From Eubacteriales bacterium (GTDB lineage Bacteria; Bacillota; Clostridia; Oscillospirales; CAG-272), in contig JAZORU010000024.1 in NCBI GenBank assembly GCA_045656765.1, positions 1,386 to 65,385 on the forward strand: 64,000 bases of DNA. Reading direction: 5' to 3'. Shown here in pieces: positions 52,124 through 59,872 of this stretch (within the stretch, counting starts at the first letter, position 1; each line of letters starts with the position of its first letter). The notes below the pieces were generated by a model. That model ran no database searches. It was not told where the DNA came from and saw only the letters and a program-made list of their open reading frames with translations. Made by a program: the position numbers and the translations under genes.

Positions 52124-52149
52124 TAAAAAGCAAAAAGGATGTGACTGAT

Positions 52150-52815
52150 ATGAAAGAAAAGGAAATGCAATCAATCGACGACAGCACGGCTCTCGCACGC
52201 ATTTTAAGGCATATAATGCCTGACGACCGTGCAAAAGACTCAGCCGACACGCTTATCCGCCGCTTTTATGATATAGCGGGGGTGTTTGATGCTGACGAAG
52301 ACGAGCTTGCTTTGGTATGCGGCAAGGAAATCACCGATTTTCTCAAATCAGTCCTCTCACTATTTAAGAGATACGTAGACCGAAAAACCAACGTCGCAGG
52401 CGAGCGATACGACAATATTGAGAAGCTCGGCAGGTATTTGGTCGGCAGATACGCGGCAGTCGAGAGTGAGCGCGTCCTTCTTTTGCTCTTAGACAACTCA
52501 TACAAACTGATATGCGAAGAGACGGTATGCGAAGGCTCGGTCAACAGTGCAAGAATATCCCCCAAAGCCCTATGCAGCCTTGCAAAAGAACGCGGTGCAT
52601 CGGCTGCGGTGCTCTCGCATAACCACCCGTGCGGAATTGCACTTCCGTCGCAGGACGATATAGACACGACGGCTTCGGTCTCTGCAATATTTGAAGCGGA
52701 GGGCATCCCGTTGCTTGAGCATATTCTCGTTGCGGGGGATGAGTATACACCTATTATGTACACGAAATTAGGAAACAAACGGACAATGCCGAGATCGGCA
52801 TACGGCGAGGTTTAA
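52150..52815 (+). CDS. radC: RadC-family JAB/MPN domain protein
   Basis: AAVLSHNHPCGIALPSQDDIDTT (JAMM motif). Start at ATG 52150, because the track GTG 52114 lies inside the predicted promoter. Confidence 0.8.
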   Translation: MKEKEMQSIDDSTALARILRHIMPDDRAKDSADTLIRRFYDIAGVFDADEDELALVCGKEITDFLKSVLSLFKRYVDRKTNVAGERYDNIEKLGRYLVGRYAAVESERVLLLLLDNSYKLICEETVCEGSVNSARISPKALCSLAKERGASAAVLSHNHPCGIALPSQDDIDTTASVSAIFEAEGIPLLEHILVAGDEYTPIMYTKLGNKRTMPRSAYGEV

Positions 52816-52818
52816 GCT

Positions 52819-53637
52819 ATGAAGGATATCAAAAACATACAAGCAAGAGAGGGCGCACACGCAATATTTTTGGATATAGACGGAACGCTTGTGGCGCACA
52901 AAACGCTTCCTCGCGAAAACGTAGAAGCAATAGCGACAGCTCAGGCAGCAGGTCACAAGGTATTTCTTAACACGGGACGCTCATACGCTTTTATACCATG
53001 GGAAGTGTTGAGTGAAATACGCTTTGACGGAGTATGCGCGGGATGCGGCTCCCAGGTTGTAATAGGCGAGCATACGCTTCACTCGGTTGTCTTGGAAAAT
53101 GAATTCGTTGCATCCATAGCCGATGAATACAAAAAAAGCGGAAAATTTCTTTTTATTGAAGGTGAGCAGGCTTGCTTTTTCGTAAACGGGCAAGCGTTTG
53201 GCGGAACCAACCGTTTTTTGCCGGCTGACAGATACCCTTGTTATGAAATAAACAGCGGCTCGCATTTTCTAAATGAGTTCGGAAATCATAGAATAAGTAA
53301 GCTGACATATCTTGGAGATAGCTTTGACGCAAAAGACAAGGCTCTTTGGGAGCAACAGCTTCGTGTAATAGAGTATCCGACGCACGTAGAATCGGTAATA
53401 TACGGTTGTGACAAAGCTCTCGGTATAAAAATAGCACTTGAAGCACTCGGCATACCGCACGAGAACAGTATCGCAATGGGCGACAGTACAAATGATATCG
53501 AAATGCTCGAATATGCAGGCATCTCTGTCGCAATGGGTAACGCTCCCAACGAAGTGAAGAAAGCCTGTACTTACGTAAGTGCCGATGCTTCCGAGGGCGG
53601 CGTCGCACAGGCTCTTTATAAGATACTCGGACTGTAA
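52819..53637 (+). CDS. Cof-type HAD-IIB phosphatase
   Basis: IFLDIDGTLV motif I, GDSTNDIEMLEYAGISVAMGNA motif III/IV. Confidence 0.85.
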   Translation: MKDIKNIQAREGAHAIFLDIDGTLVAHKTLPRENVEAIATAQAAGHKVFLNTGRSYAFIPWEVLSEIRFDGVCAGCGSQVVIGEHTLHSVVLENEFVASIADEYKKSGKFLFIEGEQACFFVNGQAFGGTNRFLPADRYPCYEINSGSHFLNEFGNHRISKLTYLGDSFDAKDKALWEQQLRVIEYPTHVESVIYGCDKALGIKIALEALGIPHENSIAMGDSTNDIEMLEYAGISVAMGNAPNEVKKACTYVSADASEGGVAQALYKILGL

Positions 53638-53653
53638 AACAACAAATATCCAC

Positions 53654-53704
53654 CCGCAAAAAGTGAACAGGTTCGTTTTTAACGAACCTGTTCACTTTTT
53701 GCGG
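53654..53704. terminator. Bidirectional terminator formed by a 24-bp perfect stem
   Basis: ccgcaaaaagtgaacaggttcgtt (53654-53677) ttt aacgaacctgttcactttttgcgg (53681-53704). Confidence 0.7.
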
Positions 53705-53798
53705 GGCATTTATTTAACCACAGTTTATAACTACTACTGTGACGGAGTACACAAAAACACCGGGGTGGAAAGTGACCCAAAGAAGTACAAGGGCGCTT

Positions 53799-54581
53799 TT
53801 ACGTTTTATATTCAAACAAGCGGTAGAGCTTTTTCGAGAGGCTACCCGCGTAAAGCTTGGCGAAAATAAACCTTTCCGTGCCTTTTAGCTCGTCGATAAA
53901 TTTTTTCGGGATCATCGTATGTTCTTTCACAAAAGTAAATGCTCCGTTTTGGTAAACTTGCGGATCATCGATACCGAAAACCTCTGTAACGCCCACGTCG
54001 TTTATCGGGTTTCTGCGCTTCGACATTTTTGCGGCAAGGGCAGTATAGCAATCCACCAAAAGAGAGAGCCTTTCAAAACGGGCGGACAGACTGTTCATCA
54101 GGTTTTGCATATCCTCAACAGTCAAATACATACTCACGCCTTCCATAACAACGATGGCGGATTTGTTTTCCTTAATCGATGAGAGCCACCTGCAATCTCT
54201 TGCATCGCCTGCAATCATTTGATAATCGGGGGATTCAGCAAAATACCGTTTTCTTTCCTCAATAACCTCGGGAAAGTCCACGTCATACCACCTGTGCCCC
54301 TCGTTTCCTACTCGCAGGACACGGCTATCCATTCCGCAGCCGATATGAATGATAACCGCATCTTGCAGCTCCGTCATTTGCCGCTTTAGCCACCGGTCAA
54401 ATACGGCAGAGCGAACACCCATATAATATGCGAGCCATTTCGACTTTGCCTTTCCTTTAAGTGCAAAGCCTTCCGCATCCCATATTTCCTCTGCTTTTTT
54501 ATCATCAAGAAACAACCCTTTTTTGCTCACGTAGGATTTTCCGTACAATGGTATGTATAGTGTTTTATTCACGCTGTTCAT
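53799..54581 (-). CDS. Class I SAM-dependent O-methyltransferase (LCM/TcmP-like)
   Basis: MNSVNKTLYIPLYGKSYVSKKG...VIIHIGCGMDSR...VVMEGVSMYL. Start ATG 54581 after GAGGAGG. Confidence 0.7.
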   Translation of the reverse strand: MNSVNKTLYIPLYGKSYVSKKGLFLDDKKAEEIWDAEGFALKGKAKSKWLAYYMGVRSAVFDRWLKRQMTELQDAVIIHIGCGMDSRVLRVGNEGHRWYDVDFPEVIEERKRYFAESPDYQMIAGDARDCRWLSSIKENKSAIVVMEGVSMYLTVEDMQNLMNSLSARFERLSLLVDCYTALAAKMSKRRNPINDVGVTEVFGIDDPQVYQNGAFTFVKEHTMIPKKFIDELKGTERFIFAKLYAGSLSKKLYRLFEYKT

Positions 54582-54615
54582 ATACGCTTCCTCCTCATCA
54601 TCGGTTCTTTCACCC

Positions 54616-55845
54616 TTACGGACGGCGGATGAAAAGATTGAGCACGAGTGCGGTGAAGGTAAGCGACAAAAGCATAACGAAAGCACCCGTATATCCGCCT
54701 GTTGCTTCAAGCACCTTGTTTGCCGCCGTTGCAACGAAAGAGCCGACCATTACGGTAAAGGTCATAAGCGCAATATTGTTTGAAAAATGCTTCATACCAA
54801 AAAATGACGAGGTAAACGCTGATGTGATAGTCGGGCAAGCACCGTAGGACATTCCCGTAAGACACACACCGACAATACACAGCACCAAAGAGCCGACTGT
54901 GACGGACACGAGCGTAACAGCTGCGGCGCAAATAGTAAGAATATTAGCGCAAAGCATAGTCTTGCGGCAGCCTATAACGTCGAAGACAGCACCCGTGAGG
55001 ATTCTGCCGATACCGTTGCACACGGAAAGCACGCCGACAAGCGAAACTGCCAAGGCTTCGGGGGCGTTGACCGAAAGGGCCAAGTCCTTCGCGAAGCTGA
55101 TGACAGAGCTTCCGACTGCCGCGAGGAAGGATATGCAAATAAACGCAAGCCAAAATGACGGACGGCTGAGCATCTGCACTGCAGTATAGTCCTGCTTCTT
55201 TGATTCTTCTTGGCCCTTTTCATCGGGCACAGAGCACTCGGATCTCGACGGCAAGGCTTCGGGCACGGGCTTTTTAAGTATCAAGCCTGCCACCGACAAA
55301 ACCGTGAAAATAGCAATACCAAGCACAGTGTATGTGGCTCTCCAGCCGATAGTGCTCTTGAACATAGCGTCGGCGAGATTTCCCAAAAGTAGCGCAGAAG
55401 CACCGAATCCCATCATAAGACAACCCGAGCAAAGTCCCTTTTTATCAGGGAACCACGCGCTTACGGTCGCTATAACGACGTTGTAGGCAATTCCAATACC
55501 GCTTCCCGCAAGGACACCGTAGGTAAGGTAGAGCACCGTTACGTCTACGTTATTTAAAATTGACGAAAGGATAAATCCTGCCGCAGACAAAGCGCCTGCC
55601 GTGATAAGAGCTATTCGATGTCCGAGGCGCTTTGAGAGCTGTGCGCCGAGAAGCCCGCCCACGCAAAAAAAGGTCATCGCGAGCGTAAAATTGAGCGCAA
55701 GCGCAGTCTGGCTCCAACCGAGCTCGGATGCAAAAGGCGACTTTAAGATCGACCACGCATACAAAACCCCTGCAAAAAGCATGGCAATAACGCCGACCGC
55801 CATATAAAGCCAGCGAGCTGATGATTTTTTATCGTTCTTTTCCAT
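54616..55845 (-). CDS. MFS transporter (oxalate/formate antiporter-like subfamily)
   Basis: 409 aa, 12 TM pattern with a central hydrophilic loop. Confidence 0.75.
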   Translation of the reverse strand: MEKNDKKSSARWLYMAVGVIAMLFAGVLYAWSILKSPFASELGWSQTALALNFTLAMTFFCVGGLLGAQLSKRLGHRIALITAGALSAAGFILSSILNNVDVTVLYLTYGVLAGSGIGIAYNVVIATVSAWFPDKKGLCSGCLMMGFGASALLLGNLADAMFKSTIGWRATYTVLGIAIFTVLSVAGLILKKPVPEALPSRSECSVPDEKGQEESKKQDYTAVQMLSRPSFWLAFICISFLAAVGSSVISFAKDLALSVNAPEALAVSLVGVLSVCNGIGRILTGAVFDVIGCRKTMLCANILTICAAAVTLVSVTVGSLVLCIVGVCLTGMSYGACPTITSAFTSSFFGMKHFSNNIALMTFTVMVGSFVATAANKVLEATGGYTGAFVMLLSLTFTALVLNLFIRRP

Positions 55846-55892
55846 AATAAGTCTCCGAATCGAATATATGTGTATACCGTATTATATTCTTA

Positions 55893-56480
55893 TCAACCGC
55901 CGACGAAGCTGCAACGTACCGCTATATATTCCATAGAGTAGGTGTCGCGGCAAAAGAGGGTAAGGTCGTGCTCTTCACTGCGAAGCCACTCGCTCTCAGC
56001 ATTTTTTGACCTGTCAACGCGCGCGACGGTATAGTTAAACTCCACCCCCGTCATATCGGTCACGGTAAGCACAGCTCCGTTATCTATTTTGTCACAGAAG
56101 GAAAACTGATACGCATTATCTGCGCCGCCTATAACAAGCGTACCGTTATAAGCGCTTCCCCAAAAGCGAGCGGGACAATTATGGAGCTTGCCGCTGTTCC
56201 ACTCGTCTGCCACGGGCAGAGTTATATCAAGTGACGGAATACGAAGCAACGCCGCATAATCTGTGCCGTTAATTTCAATTATCGGCATATTCTCAAGTGT
56301 ATAGGTGTCGGGAATACCCGCGCTTTTCTCGGGCAAAAGCGCATCCATCCGGGCGACGACCTCTTCGCATTTTTTTGCACCCGTATGCACGCGTATCTGC
56401 GTTACAACCACTAATACAAGGCTTGAGAGAAGCAGAGCCGCGCCTAAGATGAGGACTATCGGGAATTTACGCTTTTTCAT
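55893..56480 (-). CDS. Sortase-fold protein lacking the canonical catalytic His
   Basis: N-terminal TM. LRIPSLDITLPVADEW, then GTLVIGGADNAYQFSF where sortases have xAGHxxxxF. DLTLFCRD (Cys retained) and IAVRC (Arg retained). ATGA overlap with the basal pilin gene. Confidence 0.55.
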   Translation of the reverse strand: MKKRKFPIVLILGAALLLSSLVLVVVTQIRVHTGAKKCEEVVARMDALLPEKSAGIPDTYTLENMPIIEINGTDYAALLRIPSLDITLPVADEWNSGKLHNCPARFWGSAYNGTLVIGGADNAYQFSFCDKIDNGAVLTVTDMTGVEFNYTVARVDRSKNAESEWLRSEEHDLTLFCRDTYSMEYIAVRCSFVGG

Positions 56481-57400
56481 TCTTCCCTCTTCCCCTTGCT
56501 AAAGCTGAGTATTATCATCGCAGTACCCGAGAGGCACATCAAAATTATCCAAAGCATCGGATTTGCTGTGTCGCCCGTTTCGGGACTGTCGGGGGTGTCG
56601 GTGCTTGAGTTATGCGTGTTTATAATAGAAAAGCTCGCGCCGTTTTCTATCACGGTTACGTTATAAGAATCGGGAACGTCCCTCTCTGCAACAGCCCACC
56701 TGCCGCCGTCATCCTCCGAGACGTGCCAAGCGTAGCTCCAATTATTTGCCTCACTCAAGGTCTGCGTTTCATATATCTCCCCATCTCTGAAAATATCTAC
56801 CGTGATATTCTCGGGGCGCTCCGACTGATTTCCCGCATCCTGCCAGAGCTTCGTTACTCTGTACTCGGTTTTGGGTACGTAATTTATACATTTCGGCTTT
56901 GCGGTGACGTCGTAATTATACGAGCCGTTTCCGGCAGGTGTGGGAAGGTATACCATAAATTTATTGAATACGTATCTGCCAGAGTCATTTTCAGCCGTAA
57001 CCTCTGCGACGAGATACAGTCCCGTCTCAAGCCCCTCGAACAAAATCTGCCCCGCTTCATCGGTAACACCCTCTCGGTCGGGGGACAGCTTGTCTCTTAT
57101 GATGTAGGAATCAAGCGTATCGGCGACGTTCTGCCACTGCTCCTGTGACTTGATTCCGTAAATGTTAACGGGATAAGACTCAAACGCTCCCGTCAGCTTG
57201 TACGTATCGTATTGATACACCTCGGCAACGCGGAAAATGCTGATATTCAATTCAGAGAATGCCTGCCCTTCTTTTTCGTAGCTTAAGGATAGGCTTGCCT
57301 GTGCGGTTTCGTCTATGCTCTCCGCCATTGCAGATAACGGGCATAGCACGCTCACGCAAAGGACAGCAAGACAAAACAGCGCTGTTAGTTTTTTTCTCAT
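56477..57400 (-). CDS. Minor/basal pilin with Cna-B type domains and SPETG sorting signal
   Basis: Signal peptide. GQILFEGLETGLYLVAEV and YRVTKLWQDAGNQSERPENITVDIF...NNWSYAW Cna-B-like repeats. C-terminal DSPETG + TM + KGKREE. Confidence 0.75.
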   Translation of the reverse strand: MRKKLTALFCLAVLCVSVLCPLSAMAESIDETAQASLSLSYEKEGQAFSELNISIFRVAEVYQYDTYKLTGAFESYPVNIYGIKSQEQWQNVADTLDSYIIRDKLSPDREGVTDEAGQILFEGLETGLYLVAEVTAENDSGRYVFNKFMVYLPTPAGNGSYNYDVTAKPKCINYVPKTEYRVTKLWQDAGNQSERPENITVDIFRDGEIYETQTLSEANNWSYAWHVSEDDGGRWAVAERDVPDSYNVTVIENGASFSIINTHNSSTDTPDSPETGDTANPMLWIILMCLSGTAMIILSFSKGKREE

Positions 57401-58230
57401 ATATTTTCTTCTCCCAGGGATTCTTTCTTCACAGGGGCAAATACGACGTACATAAGCAATACGAAGATAATAGGAAGTGCAACTATAGGCATAACTATAA
57501 GCGGCTCTACTCTGTACGCTTCGTTTGCAACGTAGAGATTTCGTGCTTGTGACGCGTCTATTTGATGACCGCGCACCAAAAGACGCTGTGTGTTAATACC
57601 GTAGGGGGTGCAGGTCAGAAGGGTGCAGTAGTCCTTCCCTTCAACTATTTGAATCAATCCCGTATCGTCGGGGTCGACTATGCGTATCTGATCCACCTCG
57701 TAGGTAAGCGTGCGGTCAAGTATCTTAATATAAAAAACGTCGCCTATCTCCATTCTGTCAAGGTGCGTAAAAAGCACCGCTGTCGGCAGTCCTCGGTGGG
57801 CTGAAAGCACGGCGTGGGTATCCTCTCCGCCGACGGGAAAGCTCGTGCCCTGCAGGTGTCCTGTCGCAACGCTCAGCACTCCGTCAGAGGTGCCGTGATA
57901 TAACGGAAGCTCTTGATTTATCTTCGGTACGGTTATATATCCCATCATCCCCGTACCGCTTATATTAAGAATTTGGTTATAGTCGGGCAAGCGGTTATGC
58001 TCGACCATAGGGTCCTCAAGCTCGAAGAGCTTTTCGTTATAATCGTGTGCCTGCTCAAAAAGCGCGCCGTAGTCCTCGGGCTTATACTGCGATAGCATAG
58101 ACTCGTAGTCTACTATCGCCTCACTTTGCGTCTTTGAGTTCCAATAGCTGCTGATAGACGGGTATAACAGCACGGACAGACCTATAAAAAACGCTATTAA
58201 AAGTATGATTGTCGTTTTTCTGCTTTTCAT
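57397..58230 (-). CDS. Class C (pilus-polymerising) sortase
   Basis: VLSAHRGLPTAVLF (His), YCTLLTCTPYGINTQRLLVRG (Cys, Arg). C-terminal TM typical of class C. Confidence 0.85.
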   Translation of the reverse strand: MKSRKTTIILLIAFFIGLSVLLYPSISSYWNSKTQSEAIVDYESMLSQYKPEDYGALFEQAHDYNEKLFELEDPMVEHNRLPDYNQILNISGTGMMGYITVPKINQELPLYHGTSDGVLSVATGHLQGTSFPVGGEDTHAVLSAHRGLPTAVLFTHLDRMEIGDVFYIKILDRTLTYEVDQIRIVDPDDTGLIQIVEGKDYCTLLTCTPYGINTQRLLVRGHQIDASQARNLYVANEAYRVEPLIVMPIVALPIIFVLLMYVVFAPVKKESLGEENI

Positions 58231-58255
58231 AGGCCTCTCCCTGATGTTATTTTTA

Positions 58256-58299
58256 AGATATCCCCCGACAGAAGCCGAGCTTCTGTCGGGGATATCTTC
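58256..58299 (-). promoter_or_regulatory. Intercistronic 20-bp stem-loop between the major pilin and sortase genes
   Basis: aagatatcccccgacagaagc (58256-58276) cga gcttctgtcggggatatctt (58280-58299), one bulged C. No U tract on the coding (minus) sense. Confidence 0.5.
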
Positions 58300-58324
58300 A
58301 ATCGTCTTTACTCAAAGAGAAGAA

Positions 58325-59782
58325 TTAGTCCTCGATCTTGGACATTCTCTTCTTGGTTACGAGAATAACGCCGGTGAACAGTACAACGATGCTACCGAAG
58401 GTAACGAAGAGTACAGTACCCATACCGCCCGTCTCGGGAAGCATAGAACCGGTCTTGTTTACAACGTGAACACCCGAGCCTGTGGAGTAAATCTCGCCGT
58501 TGAATACAGCATCAAGGTTTCCGTCGGAAACGATGAACTTCTGACGTGCGGAAAGCTTGTTGTAACCGTCGGGAGCCTCTGTCTCCTCAAGGTAATAAGT
58601 ACCGTTGTCAAATCCTACAACGCGCATAATACCGTCTGTAACTATTATCTCAACGCCTGCCTCGTCAGCTCTTGCACGGCGGTAGCCTGTGCCGTCGTCG
58701 GTAGGAACAACCTTTATTTCGTTTCCGTCTGTAGCTGCATCATAGATCTTGAACTTCGCACCGTCGATAAGCTTGTTTGAGGAGTCGGTCTTTACGATAT
58801 CAACACCGTAGGTGTAGGTGGTTACTGCATCCTCGTTTGATACGCCGCCCTCACCGAAGGTAAGCCATGCGGTGTTGTCGTTGCCTTCTCCGTTTATAAC
58901 TGCGTTACGGTTAAGCATAGCCTCGTATGTAACGATGATCTTGTCGTTTGTTTCGAGCTTGTCGCAAATTTCCTTTGTAAAGTGAACCTCGAAGGTGCAT
59001 CCGTCAGAGGCGTCGTCGCCCGTCTTTACCTCATAGTACTGCGCGTCCATGTCGTGCGTCTCAACACCGGGAACAATGTGCTTTATACCTGTAATGCTCT
59101 TGAAGGTAAGACCTGCTTCCATAACGTCGTGAAGAACGTAGTTCTCAGCACCTGCGTGTACGTTTATTGTTACGTGATACTCAACAGTCTGACCGATGTC
59201 TGCCGTGTTGCTTGCACCCCACTGGGAAGTGGAATCTTCCTTAACCTGCTTATCAATGGTAGGAATACCGTTCTTTGCATTGATAGAAGCATCGGGGTTT
59301 GTGGTGGTAAGTCCGCAAAGAGCACCCATGGTGGAATCTACGAGATAGTAACCGAGCTCAAGGTCTGCAAACTTGCCGCTTGTCTCGGTAATAACGAACT
59401 CTCCTTCGTTCTCGGATGACTTAACGGGGTCAATGCCGTTTGCCTTTGCATAAGAGAGCGCTCCCTTAGCGAATGTTGCCTTGGTGTCATCGTCCTCTGC
59501 AGCCTTCCACGTTACGTAGCCGTCTGCATCGGTAGCGAAGTATGCCTTAGCTTCATCTGTTGCAAAGAATTCTGCCCAAGCAGCGTTTGCCTTGTAGGAG
59601 TATGCGCCTGCAGCTACGTCGTAGCTTTCGAGATCGAGCAGCTTGTAGATCTCGTAGGTGGTGGAATCGCCAACACCGTTGATGGTGATAGAGCCAAGCT
59701 CTTGGGGTTCGTCTGCAAAAGAGATTACAGACATTGATGCTACCAGCATCAGGGAAAGAATTAAAGAGATAACCTTTTTCAT
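58325..59782 (-). CDS. Major pilin (isopeptide-forming SpaA-type fimbrial subunit), LPETG
   Basis: Signal peptide. E-box YYLEETEAPDGYNKL. C-terminal LPETGG + TM + KKRMSK. Confidence 0.8.
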   Translation of the reverse strand: MKKVISLILSLMLVASMSVISFADEPQELGSITINGVGDSTTYEIYKLLDLESYDVAAGAYSYKANAAWAEFFATDEAKAYFATDADGYVTWKAAEDDDTKATFAKGALSYAKANGIDPVKSSENEGEFVITETSGKFADLELGYYLVDSTMGALCGLTTTNPDASINAKNGIPTIDKQVKEDSTSQWGASNTADIGQTVEYHVTINVHAGAENYVLHDVMEAGLTFKSITGIKHIVPGVETHDMDAQYYEVKTGDDASDGCTFEVHFTKEICDKLETNDKIIVTYEAMLNRNAVINGEGNDNTAWLTFGEGGVSNEDAVTTYTYGVDIVKTDSSNKLIDGAKFKIYDAATDGNEIKVVPTDDGTGYRRARADEAGVEIIVTDGIMRVVGFDNGTYYLEETEAPDGYNKLSARQKFIVSDGNLDAVFNGEIYSTGSGVHVVNKTGSMLPETGGMGTVLFVTFGSIVVLFTGVILVTKKRMSKIED

Positions 59783-59872
59783 TTTCTTTTTTTCCTTTCT
59801 GAAAAAATTTTTTATTTTTTTATTTATTTTTTGAAATCGAACTCACGGCGCATATTGCCGCGAACGGAAGGC

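Noticed and set aside
52114-52149. GTG start at 52114 for radC, and the 338-aa version of the M23 peptidase (start 52234)
   Set aside because: 52114 lies inside the predicted -10 region of the radC promoter. The N-terminal 87 residues of the long M23 ORF cover the divergent promoter region and lack coding character. ATG 51973 gives a normal signal-anchor start.
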